This document shows, piece by piece, positions 34,180 to 46,488 of a stretch of 64,000 nucleotides of DNA. Position 1 is the stretch's first letter; each line of letters begins with the position of its first letter. The notes under the pieces were generated by a model. The model was not told where the DNA came from and searched no databases. It was given only the letters and a program-made list of their open reading frames with translations. Origin of the DNA: Chiloscyllium plagiosum (lineage: Eukaryota); NCBI RefSeq assembly GCF_004010195.1, contig NC_057718.1:30042102-30106101 (forward strand), in the 5' to 3' direction. A program made the position numbers and the translations under genes.

Positions 34180-35949
34180 ATCAAAGGAACCAGGGCCACC
34201 TTGCATGTTGACCAGGAAGCAATTTTGGTATTCTGCCAGGCCCATTCAGTGCCATTGCCTTATGGGAAAAAGTAAAAGCAGAAATCAGAAGGTTGGAAAG
34301 CAAAGGAATCATCAAACCATCAGCTTGAGGAATGGGCAGCATTGATCATAGCATGGTTTGGTTTGCTTTTGTGGAGATTTTAAACAATCAATAAATAGCT
34401 TTTCACAGCTGGATAAATACCTAATTACTCAAAAAGCAGATTTATATGCAAAGTTAGTAGGGGCTGCTGTCCTTCACGAAACTGGGCATGAGCTATGTTT
34501 ATTTGCAATTGTGATTAGATGAGAATTCCCAGAAGTATACCACAACTAATACCTCTAAGGGTTTGTATCAATGTACAAGGTTGCCATTTGGGGTATCGTC
34601 AGCCTGTGCAATTTTTCAGCAGACGATGGAGAACATTTTGCAATTTAACTAAATGACATACTAATAACAGAAGACCAACAAGGAGCTCTTACAGAACGTG
34701 GACATAGTCCTTAGGTGTATGCCCACATGGAAGAACCATCTAAGAAGGAAACAAAAAAGTGTGTTCCAGGCACCTGAAGTGAATTATTTGGTCTACAGAG
34801 TTGTTAAGAGTGGGTTTCACCCATTGGAAGATAAAGTGAGGGCGATCAAAGGTGCCCCAGCTCCCATGTCTGTACTGGAGCTTAGGTTTTTCCTTGGGCT
34901 GGTGAATTATTATGGAAATTTCTTACATAACCTGAGCTCCACCCTGGCACCTTCTAATCAACTCCTAAAAAAGGGTTAACCTTGGAAATGGTCATGTAGT
35001 CAAGCCATAGCTTTCAAGAAAGTGAAGAAATGGCTATTACTATCTAAGGTGTTAGCACACTATGATCCCACTTTGATGTCTGATGCCTCCCCATACTGCA
35101 TCCAGGTAGTATTAGCTCAGAGGTGGCCCAATGGAGAGGAATGCCCAATAGCATATGCATCCAGGATTTTGGCTAATGCAGCACTTAAATATGCCCAGAT
35201 AGAGAAGCAAGGTTTGGTGATTATATTTGGATTCAGGAACTTCCATCAATACCTTTTTATGGATATAAATTTATGACAACAGGCAACAACCCCTACTAGA
35301 TCTACTCCAAGCAGACAAGGCAGTGCCACCCATAGCTTCAGGCTGTAATACTAAGTGTGTATATTAAAGCTGAACCACATCCGGGAGACCAAATAGCAAA
35401 TGCAGATGCATTGAGCCACCACTTTACTTACGGTACCAGCACTGGAAGAATCTGTAATGGTTCTAAATGTTCTGGACAAGCTTCCAATAACTGCTGACAA
35501 AATCAAACTTTGGACACAGATCTGGTTCTGGCAAAACTGAAACAGCTTGTAGTGATGGGGAAAACCAAAGGGCCATCACAACCAGGATTGAAATGTTTCT
35601 GGACCAGAAGAGACCAGATCACGGTAGAGGATGGCATATTATTATGGGACAGACGAGCAAGGAGCTGGAAGAACACAGCAAGGCAGGCAGCATTCAGAGG
35701 TGGAAAAGTTAACATTTTGGTGTAACCTTTCTTCAGGATTAAAGGTGGGTAGGGTAGACTTGCTATGGCTGCCACGCAGGACACTTTCAACTGCACTATT
35801 ACTGCTCATTCAACATTCTCTGGGATGCTGTGAAGAAGCGGAAAATTACAAAATGGGAATGTAGATTCTCTGGCTCTAACAAAGCCACAGCAGGCTTGGG
35901 TACCATCACTTAGCTTTGTGCCAGATTTGACCGATCTGTCATCTGTCAA

Positions 35950-37142
35950 TAATTTGGTTCCCTTGTTCAAAAAGGGGAGTAGGGATAACCCTAGTAACTA
36001 TAGGCCGGTGAGTCTCACTTCTGTTGTGGGCAAAGTCTTAGAGAGAATAGTAAGGGATAGGATTTATGCACATCTAGATAGGAATAATGTGAACAAGGAT
36101 AGTCAGCATGGTTTTGTGAAGGGCAAGTCGTGCCTCACAAACCTTATTGAATTCTTTGAAAACGTGACGAAAGAGATTGATGAAGGGAAAGCGGTAGATG
36201 TGGTATATATGGATTTTAGTAAGGCGTTTGATAAGGTTCCCCATGGTAGGCTACTGCAGAAAATACGGAGATATGGCATTGAGGGTGAGTTGGAGGTTTG
36301 GATTAGGAATTGGCTGGATGGAAGAAGACAGAGGGTAGTAGTTGATGGCAAAGTTTCTTCATGGAGTGCCGTCACTAGCGGTGTTCCGCAAGGATCTGTT
36401 TTGGGACCATTGCTGTTTGTCATTTTTATAAATGACCTGGAAGAGGGATTAGAAGGTTGGGTGAGCAAGTTTGCGGATGACACAAAAGTCGGAGGAGTTG
36501 TTGACAGTGAGGAAGCATATGGCAGGTTACAGCAGGATATAGAGAAGCTGCAGAGCTGGGCAGAAAGGTGGCAGATGGAATTCAATGTAGCTAAGTGCGA
36601 GGTGATTCACTTTGGGAAGAATAACAAAAAGATGGGGTACGGGGCTAATGGTCGGATACTTGGTAGTGTGGATGAGCAGAGGGATCTTGGTGTCCATGTA
36701 CACAGATCTCTGAAAGTTGCCACCCAGGTAAATAGTGCGGTGAGGAAGGCATATGGCGTACTGACTTTTATTGGTAGAGGAATTGAGTTCCGGAGTCCTG
36801 AGGTCATGATGCAGTTGTATAAGACTCTGGTACGGCCGCATCTGGAATATTGTGTGCAGTTTTGGTCGCCATACTATAAGAAGGATGTGGAGGCANNNNN
36901 NNNNNNNNNNNNNNNNNNNNNNNNNNNNNNNNNNNNNNNNNNNNNNNNNNNNAGTTCATGGAATGCCTTGCCAGTAGCAGTGGTGGACTCTCCCTCTTTA
37001 TGGGCATTTAAGCGGGCATTGGATAGGCATATGGAGGATAGTGGTCTCGTGTAGGTTAGGTGGGCTTGGATCGGCGCAACATCGAGGGCCAAAGGGCCTG
37101 TACTGCGCTGTATTCTTCTATGTTCTATGTTCTATGTTCTAT
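35950..37142 (+). mobile_element. 5'-truncated CR1 LINE (same subfamily as 10675-12176) spanning an assembly gap
   Basis: ORF 35918-37054 carries RT motifs. Ends in a (ttctatg)n tail. N run at 36896-36952. Confidence 0.95.
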
Positions 37143-38324
37143 TTGTTTCTGGTGTAAATGTAACCTTCAATGTATTATCTTTTAACCTAGTGTGGAGATG
37201 TTGATGAAGGTGAACACTGTTTCAAGTGGGTGGAGTGATCACATTTTAGTTATGGGTTCAACCAGGCAAATTTTATGGCGGTGAATGAACTATGGTTAAT
37301 TAGTGAGGGAGGGCAAAGATTTTTTTTTTCCCCAACCTTGCCCTGTACGTCCCAAAATCCCAAACTCTGCCCTGTACCTCACAAAATCTTAAACCTTTTG
37401 TCCTTTGACTTTAGACTGGATAATGTTTATCTGGAAATAAGGTGTGATTCTTCCACTGTGCTTTAATGCACAGCCATCACAGAAGACATTCTCCCATACT
37501 CTCCCTCTCCTGTCTTCTCCCCAATTGTTCCTCGCCCTCTTTTCCATACTGCACCATGCCTTCTCTCAGGCATTAATAACCCCTCGGTCAGATTCTGGTT
37601 CTATTAGTACACTTATAATTTCAACTATTGGAAATAACTTGAAAGCATTTGCATTTTACAACAATTATTTTTAAAATGTGCTGAAACTATCTGGCCCCTT
37701 ATGTTATGGGAACATTTGTGCTATAATATATGCATGATTCCTTGGCATAAAACATTTCTAGCAATATACTTTATTTACAAAACTTGTAAGTAATTCAAAA
37801 CACAAGAAGGGAAAAAAGTTTCAAGAGTCTCCAAACTACATGTTTTATTCTGAGGAGCCTTCTGTTACTCATTTTTAGATTTTATGCCTTCAATCATTTT
37901 CCTCCGGATTTTGATCTAAGTTCATTCATCTATCTTAGAGTGAATTCTGGTGCTTGTCATGTTGTTTATGAGGAATTTTTGTGATAATTACTTATTGAGA
38001 GGCTAAATATATGCTTACTAGATGTCTAGTAACTCATTAGTCTATCCTCCTTGGGGAGGACAGCTGAACAGAATAAATTTTCAAAAAAAAAAATTAGAGA
38101 TCAAGAGGTTCTAAATTAACATTTGTTTGACATTGGAAAACATACATATGAAACAGGATAGTTCACAGTCCTCCAGTCCATTGCTGATTCAGGGTTGGTA
38201 GGCCTGCTGCTGCATGCAAGGATTCCTCCCTATTAACTCTAGATAATCTTATAAAGCTGATTCTCTAACTTGGGAGGGTCTAGGCTAAAGGAGAAAGATT
38301 AAAAGAAAAGATCCTTGTCTCAAG

Positions 38325-38815
38325 TATTGGTTCAGAAAAGATTTACAAAGATGTTGCCAGGGTTGGAGGATTTGAGCTGTAGGGAGAGGCTGAATAGGCT
38401 GGGGCTGTTTTCCCTGGACCGTCAAAGGCTGAGGGGTGACCTCATACAGGTTTATAAAATCATGAGGGACATGGATAGCATAAATAGACAAAGTCTTTCT
38501 TTTCCCTGAGGTGGGGGAGTCCAGAACTGGAGAGCATAGGTTTAGGGTGAGAGGAGAAATATATAAAAGGGACCTAAGGGACAACGTTTTCATGCAGAGG
38601 GTGGTGCATGTATGGAATGAGCTGCCAGAGGAAGTGATGGCTGGTACAATTGCAACATTTAAAAGGCATCTGGATGGGTATATGAATAGGAAGGGTTTAG
38701 AGGAAAATGGGCCAACTGCTGGCTAATGGGACAAGAATAGGTTAGGATATCTGGTCAGCATGGGTGAGTTGGACCGAAGGCTCTGTTTTTCTGTGCTATA
38801 CATCTCTATGACTCT
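38325..38815 (+). mobile_element. CR1 3' fragment
   Basis: VQKRFTKMLPGLE..RLRGDLI..QRVVHVWNELP with a ctctatgactcta tail. Confidence 0.88.
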
Positions 38816-39162
38816 AAGAAAGAATTTGGTATTCAAGCCATAAATATTCTGCAAGGATTATGAAAGATCACCTTTTTTATAATTAAAGTCAAAATTTCAT
38901 TTGTGTAAAAGATAAATTTGCATTTAGCGATTGAAAAATATACTTTGAGTAATTTACCATTTAGTATTATTAACATTTGTTTGGCTTTAGCTTCTCGATC
39001 TTCTAAAATCGTGGAAAGATATATCCAGACAATATAGTACAAGTGCAAAAAAAAGGTAGGGATGTAGAATTACATGTTTTACTGATTAAGATACAGCTTT
39101 CTTCAACTTGTCCTGCTTTGCATTTCTTTGTTTTTCAATCCTAACTTTCCCACAAATGGAGA

Positions 39163-39813
39163 TGTGACAATGCTGCTCCTTTAACCAGGTTATATTGTCC
39201 TTGGTTTTTTCAAACGTGTTGTTTGAGGCAGAGTTGCCAAGATGTCTGATTTTGATGGGTTTAATGGGCCTACTTGATTATAGCCAATAGATACTGCCTT
39301 GGGCAAAAGGCTTTCAAGTTTGAAAAAGAACCTGTACAATGAAAGTTCTCCAGCTCCGCTTTTTTCTCTGGTTTGTTTGGTTTGATTTTAGCATCAGAGC
39401 AAACAGTCAGTTTTTTGAGGCTGTTGGGCCAAAGAAACAACTACATAGAAGAAGGGGTTCCATGCTAAATCTCTCTGCCATCTTTCTCTGTCATATAAGA
39501 CCCTGTGTTTGATTTTTACCTTTTTTGCCAAAGAGTGTTAATGGGGATTGTTGCAAGAATTTGGAACAACATCATTAAGTTGGGATCATCTGTTGGGTTT
39601 TCAGATAGATTAAATTATTCTATATTCTGTTCTCTTGTGTTTGTGTTTCATTCGTTAATCTTGCAAATAAATGCTGTTTTGTTTAAAACAAAGTGGTTGG
39701 GCCAGCTGCATCCCTCCTGGAATATCCACCTCACACCTGCTTAAAATAACACAAAGTTAGGGCCTGGGCTACTTTCCTGAAATGTTTTGACGGGGTCTGG
39801 CCTGGTCCATAAA
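39163..39813 (+). repeat. Gmr1-like 5' LTR
   Basis: tgtgacaatgctgctcctttaa...ggcctggtccata, repeated at 51041-51723. Confidence 0.9.
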
Positions 39814-40410
39814 GGGGATTTGTGAGATTTGTTCTATAGTTCTGATTTGGGATTAGAGTAGTTGGACTTTAAGGCGGCGAGTGTTAGGTTTTAGTGTCTT
39901 TTGATCTAGGTGTTGATTTCGGTTGGTTTGAACAGTGCTTGGGATAATACTGGCTCTTTCAGTCACCAAACATTTTCTGGGGGTGGAAGAAGTGATTTTA
40001 GAGGCTTAGAAGGTCAAGCTACTGGAATTAGCAGAAGTTCTAGAATTGGAGCTTTATCCTTCCATAAGGAAAGGAGAAATAATTACAGTAATAGCTCATC
40101 ATTTAAATTTGTTGGAAATGCCATTAGAACTTTTAGAGATGGTTAAAATTCAATTGAAAATGAAACAACTTGAGTTAGAGACAAAAGGGCAAAAAAAACC
40201 TGTTTGAGTTACAATTAAAAACGGAAGAAAGAGAAAAACAAACAAATTGCTCTAGCAGAATGAAAAGAAAAAGAGAGAGGAAAGGCGAGAGAGGAAAGGA
40301 AGAAAGAGAAGGAGTTTGAACTTCAGAAATTGGCACTTAGACAGGAAAGTCAGCTTAAAAGGATGGAGATGAAGCTGAAGGTAAGCTTAGTGAGGAAGAG
40401 AGTGAGGATG

Positions 40411-43400
40411 AGCCTTAGTAGAACAGGTCGATGACCTCGAAAGTTGAGGTCGAAGAGAAAATGTCCATGTGGTTGGCTGCCAGAGTGAGAGGAAGATGAG
40501 CAGCCAGCCAGTTTTTTTCTAAGAATGGCTGCTGCGATGTCTAGGCTGGGAGGCTGAGGCGGGCTGGGTACAGATAGAGAGAGCTCACTGGGTGGTGGTG
40601 CACAGGACTGATTCAGACCAGCGCCCCTGCCTGGTCCTAGTGAGATTCCAGTCCTACAAGGACAAACAAAAAGTAATGGAAGCCTCCAGATTGCTGGGAA
40701 AGGATCCTCATACCCTCATTTATAAAGGATCGAAGATGATGTTCTTTTAGGTCTTTTCTGCAGCCATGATCCACAAGAGGAAATCCTATGATGGGGTGAA
40801 GAAGAGACTGATATCGGGATATTCAATATTCCATCAGGTACCTGGCCGTGCTCCGCTTTAATCACAAAGGGTCCCTGGATGTATTTGACTCAGAAAAAGC
40901 AAAGAATTTTTTGGACACTTTGAAATAGACCGGATGGTCCAAAGAACATGGACAATAATGGTTCTTTTTTCTTTTTTCCTTTTTTTTTTCTCTATCTTGT
41001 GTACTTCTTTTTCTCTATTATTTTATTACAGAAAGTGTTGTTGGTTTTTTTTTAACAGAGATAATTGAGGTCAAGGTAGGCTTGGGATGGGTGAACTGCC
41101 CATTTTAAATTGTTTTTTGTTCATAATAACCATTTTTGTTGTTTATCCTTTGCTGAGTTTGTTTATCCTTTGCGGCTCAAACTAGAAGGAGTTATGGAGG
41201 TGTATGTGGGTAGAGTAAGTGCCCCCTGTTGGCACTTACTCTACCCCCATCGCATTCTTGTATGCTGAAATTGGTTTAGTTTGTTGGTTTTTAGTAGAGG
41301 CAGCTTTTGAAAGGTTTGTTTGTAGTTTTAGTATGTGTATTTTTTAGTCTCTGAATCTTCATTTATTTACACTTGGCGTGCTGTGAGTAGGGTTTTTCCT
41401 CTTGGGAGTTCAAGAGTGGTTATTGAGGGATATGGTTAAGTGTCTCCTTAAATGGTGCATCTGGAATATTAAGAGAACTCACTCGCCAGCCAAGACAAAA
41501 AACATACTTTCAAGTCTCTGGAAGGAGAGGTTGATATTGCCCTGTTGCAAGAAACATATCTTAATGATAAGGAGCACCTAAAGGTTACAGCAGGGTGGAT
41601 TTGATCGAGTGTTTTTCTCATCCTTTAACACTAAATGCAGGAGAGAAGACATACTTGTCTCGAAGAGTCTCCCATTTAAGTTATTAGATCAAGTTAAAGA
41701 TGAATAAGGGTGGTTTATAATTCTTAAAGCTTTAATACATGGCAAAGAATATGGCACTCTAAATGCTTATTGTCCCTGGCGCATACCTCAAATTCCAGAT
41801 TGGTGTGCTTTCTAAGTTAATTGCCCTCAGAACGTGACACACTATCATAGGGGGAGATTTTAATCACTTCGTGGACCCCACAGTGGATAGAATGCCCAAA
41901 GGTCTCCTAAATGTTTCTCTGCAATCCAAGCAATTGGTTGACTTATGTATAGAATTGGGACTGGTGAACACTTGGAGATATCTCCACCCTATAGATAGGG
42001 GCTTTACGTTTTTCTCTAATCCACACAAGTGTCATACTAGGATTGACTTTATTTTAGCACCTTCAGTTTTTCTGGATTCGGTGATGTCATGTAAAATTGT
42101 AAACAGCCATTTCCGATCATGCGGCAGTGTATTTGGAGGTTGAGATTAAGGGCAATGGAACACGTTCCTGGCATTGGCGTATGGATCCTTTTATACTCAA
42201 GGACAGTAAGTTTATCGAGTACTTCTCGAGTGAGTTCAAAGCATTCTTGGCTATCAATTTGGGTACAGCTAGTAACCCATCTATACTCTGGGACACTGCT
42301 AAGGCTTATGCTCGGGGGATAGTTATCTCTTATTCAGCTAGTTATCTCTTATTTGGAAGTGACAGAAGGGATAGCAGCAACATCTGCTCGAGGCACAGTT
42401 GAAGGCAGCCAAGACAGTATATTTTGCTAGGTTGTCAGTGGCTAAATTGCAGCAAGTCTCAGCCCTCTGGGTTGCTTTGAACTCCATGCTCACTCAGACA
42501 GCAAAGAAAGAACTCTCTTTTGTGAAACAAAGGCTGTTTGAGCATGGCAATAGGCCAGGCAAATACTTGGCATATCTGGCCAGGAAAAAGAGCACCTTCT
42601 TATCCATTTCATCAATTAGAGAAGGCATTGGGGGAGTCTTACATGTGACTCTAAAAGGATCAATGCAGCATTTCGGAGTTTTTACTCTGAGCTATATCTT
42701 TCGGAATGCTGAGAGGATTGGTGGGCTAAGATGGAATCTTTTTTTAAGAAAATGCACCTATAAGAACCTATAACCTGGACCTTCCAGGTTTGATTTCAGA
42801 ACAGGTGTCTCTTTTTAATGCCCGCTTGACAGTGCATGAGATACAGGAGGCAGTAAGTCGGCTCCAAAATGGGGGAGGCACACAGCCCTGATGGTCCCCT
42901 GAGTGAATTCTACAAAAAATTTATAAATATCCTGTCGGGGCCAATGCTGGACATGTACAACTATTCATACAGTCATGACTGCCTCCTGCCATCCGTGGAA
43001 GAGGCTAACATCTCTCTCATTCTCCAGAAAGGGAAAACCCCAGAGGGCTGTGCTTCGTACATGCCCATTTCGCTGTTAAATTCGGATTTCAAAATTTTAT
43101 CCATGACACTTGCGTTGAGATTGGAGAAGGTGTTGCCCTATATTATTAAGGAGGACTAGATGGGTTTTATAAAGGGCCGGAGGTCATCCATTGATATTAG
43201 AAGATTACTGAATATGGTCCAAGTGTCAGCAATGACCTTTTAGGGTTTAGTGATCTCCTTAGATGCAGAGAAGGCATTCGATCAGGTAGAGTGGCCGTAT
43301 ATGTTTTATACTCTGGAACAGTTTGGTCTCGGTGAGGTCTTTGTCAGATGGGCGGAGTGCCTGTATAGTGACCCTCTGGCTGCAGTTCTCACCAATGGGG

Positions 43401-45516
43401 TAAGATGCAGTAATTTCAGTATTGGTAGGCGCAGCCAGCAAGGTTAACCCCTCTCACCGCTACTGTTTACACTGGTGATTGAGCCGCTGGCAGAGGCAAT
43501 CCATAAGGACCTTAACATAGCTGCCCTGGAAGCAGGATCAAGGGCACATAAGATTCCGTCATATGCAGATGATGTTCTCCTCCTCTTATCAAACCTGGCA
43601 GTTTCTGTACCCTATTTAATACAGTATCTTAATTTATTTGGCTCTTTTTCGGGACATAAGATTAATTTTGCAAAATTAGAAGCTATGCCCATGGGTGGTC
43701 TGAAGGGAATACCTGATATGGAAGGTAAGTTATGATTCCCCATTAAATTGCCGCAGGGGAGTTTTCTTTACTGAGGCATTTTTGTTACTCCCACCTTTGA
43801 TCAATTATTTAAGGCCAATTTTGCTTATTTGCTTGACAAGATTAGACAAGACCTTCAAAGATGGGAGACCCTTCCAATCTCTTGGTAAGGTCGAATAGCC
43901 CTCACTAAAGTGAATGTCCTTCCTCGACTGTTATATCCCATGCGAATGCTCCCTCTGATGTTTCCCAGGCAAACGTTATGTAGACTCACTGGTTGGTTTA
44001 GTTCTTTTATTTGGCATCACAGTGGCCCCGCATTAAGCTTGCCAAATTGCAGTTATCCCAGGTTTGGGGGGAGTAGACTTTCTGGATATTGAGAGATACC
44101 AACTAAACTCCCTTCTGTCCTTCATGAGTGACTGGGCTTGTGAGGACCCGAGATGAATATGGTTCGATATTGAGACCTCCCAGGCAAAGTACCCTCTTAA
44201 TAGTCTGTGTTTATGGATAAGATGAGGACCGTTATGGAATACTGTTGGAATCCAATCATTGTTAATATGGTCAAAGCATGGAGAGCAATGCAACAGAGCG
44301 AGGGCAGTTTATCTAAAACCTCCTTTCTTATCCCTATAGTTGGTACACCGGGATTCCGGCCAGGGATCATGGACCCTGGATTCCAACTGTGGGCAACTAG
44401 GGGAGTGTCCTGTTTGAGGGGAAGATCATGATGTCCTTCGACCAAATGAGCCGCAATTATGGATTGCCCAACAGAAATCTTTTTCATTACTTTCAGGTTA
44501 GGGACATCATCCAAAAAATGACTATGCTTTTGACCAACCTCTATAGGTCTGATACAGAGAGGAAAGTGCTTCATGCCACAAGGACTATCTTGGTAGTATT
44601 CTTTACCACCTATTGGGGTGCGGTGTCTTGAGCGATATCAAGCGACTATGTGAGGTCTGGGAGCAAGAGTTGGGAATGGCGATTCCCTCAGAGACATGGG
44701 AGGACATTTAGGAGAACATGATACAGATCTCGATCTGTAACAGAACACACACTATGCTTCCTAAGGTTCATTTGGCCCCAGATCATCTTGCAAAATTCAA
44801 AAAGGGAGCATCGTCAATATGCTCCAAGTGCAAAATAAGCATAGATACCCTCACTCATTGTTTGTGGTCATGCCACAAACTTCATAGGTATTGGAGTGCT
44901 GTGGCAGGAGTAATAGAGAGGGACTGGGGACTGAAATTAAGGGAGATCTGGTCACTCTGCTCTTGGGTCTGCCAAGTTTGTCTTCCTTAGACGCACATGG
45001 GAAAAAGCAATCTCGTTTACTGTGCGAGGAAGAACATTTTGATGAGTTGGGTGTCTGAAAGCTCTCCAGACCTGTTGGGGTGGCACAAGTTAATTATGGA
45101 ACACATCCCTTTGGATTTGCTCACAAACACGATACACCATAAAACTTAACTTTTTTTTATAAGAAATGGCAGCCTTTTTTAAATTTCCTGGATGCAGACT
45201 TGTCTGCCATTTTAATTAGGGCATTTTTTTTAGCTGTGATGATTAGGTTTAGTGAGCCTTGTGCCCTGGGAGGAAGAATCCCGAATAAATACAGATGCAA
45301 GAATTAATGATCTCGAAGGTTGGGAGCCTTGGTGTGGTTGCGCTGGTGGCGTTATTTATTTATAGATTTGTAGTGAGTGTAGTTTTGGTTTGTTTTATAG
45401 AGTCAGGTAGTAGTTAGTTCATTGTAATCGTTATATTTTTAAGGTGCTATATTTTTGTAATTTTATAATTTCGTAAAGAAAAAAACTTCTCAATAAATAA
45501 TATTTTTAATAAAAAA
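40411..45516 (+). mobile_element. L1 LINE, 5'-truncated within ORF1, decayed ORF2, poly(A)
   Basis: ORF1 LVEQVDDLES*GRRENVHVVG and IERAH..RFQSYKDKQKVM. ORF2 WNIK, GDFN, TRIDF, ISLDAEKAFDQVEW, YADDVLL and CSKCK..THCLWSC. T-rich 3' UTR with AATAAA. Confidence 0.92.
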
Positions 45517-45585
45517 GCTCCAGTGTTTTCACTGCAATAAAGTAGGCCACATGAACTCACAGTATTGGTGGGTTAGGAAAAGCAC

Positions 45586-45723
45586 CTTCTTCATTCCTGA
45601 AGAAGGGCCTGTGCCCGAAACGTCGAATCTCCTGTTCCCTGGATGCTGCCTGACCTGCTGTGCTGTTCCAGCAATAAAGTTTCAACTTTGATCTCCAGCA
45701 TCTGCAGACCTCACTTTCTCCCC
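45586..45723 (+). mobile_element. Penelope pLTR fragment (family A) with an intact minimal hammerhead motif and a 12-bp TSD
   Basis: TSD taggaaaagcac at 45574-45585 and 45724-45735. Confidence 0.85.
45593..45628 (+). ncRNA. Minimal hammerhead ribozyme motif (type I)
   Basis: attc-CTGAAGA-a-gggc-ctgt-gccc-GAAAC-GTC-gaat: helix I attc/gaat, helix II gggc/gccc, palindromic helix III ACGT, GUC cleavage triplet. Confidence 0.75.
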
Positions 45724-45882
45724 TAGGAAAAGCACTGGGATGCCAGATGTAGGAAAACAGATTAATTCAATGAATTTTCTTGGAGTGGTAATGGAAAGCA
45801 CAGTGGAGGCTAAGAAGCTGCACCAGAATGTACAACCTGGTTGGAGGTTGGTTAAGGAGGGAGTGCCAGATTTTCTTAAACC

Positions 45883-46488
45883 TCTGGGACACCCTGACCA
45901 ACCGACAGGCCACCTACTTGCGGAGCGTTTCAGAGAACACCTCTGGGACACCCGGACCAACCAACCCAACCACCCTGTGGCTCAACACTTCAACTCCCCC
46001 TCCCACTCCACCAAGGATATGCAGGTCTTTGGACTCCTCCATCGCCAGACCACAACAACACCATGGTTGGAGGAAGAGTGCCTCATCTTCCGCTTAGGAA
46101 CCCTCCAACCACAAGGGATGAACTCGGATTTCACCAGTTTCCTCATTTCCCCTCCCCCCACATTGTCTCAGTCAAATCCCTCGAACTCAGCACCACCTTC
46201 CTAACCTGCAATCTTCTTCCTGACCTCTCCGCCCCCACCCCACTCTGACCTATCACCCTCACCTTGACCTCTTTCCACCTATCGCATTTCCAACGCCCCT
46301 CCCCCAAGTCCCTCCTCCCTACCTTTTATCTTAGCCTGTTGGACACACTTTCCTCATTCCTGAAGAAGGGCTTATGCCCGAAACGTCGATTCTCCTGTTC
46401 CCTGGATGCTGCCTGACCTGCTGCGCTGTTCAAGCAACACATTTTCAGCTCTGATCTCCAGCATCTGCAGACCTCACTTTCTCCTCCC
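45883..46488 (+). mobile_element. 5'-truncated Penelope element (GIY-YIG C-terminus plus pLTR with hammerhead motif)
   Basis: TGHLLAERFREHL..PVAQHFNSPSH..EECLIFRLGTLQPQGMN. Motif ctgaagaagggcttatgcccgaaacgtc at about 46360-46387. TSD ttcttaaacc at 45873-45882 and 46489-46498. Confidence 0.88.

Larger units (their letters stand above)
32337..35650 (+). mobile_element. Decayed, 3'-truncated Ty3/Gypsy element (gag-PR-RT-RNase H)
   Basis: MLLFGKLDSFDPAIKDWVQYVERM (gag), [18 protein letters not shown] (RT), LRFFLGLVNYYGNF, SDASPY..PIAYASR..YAQIEK (RNase H) and TVEDGILLW. Confidence 0.85.
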
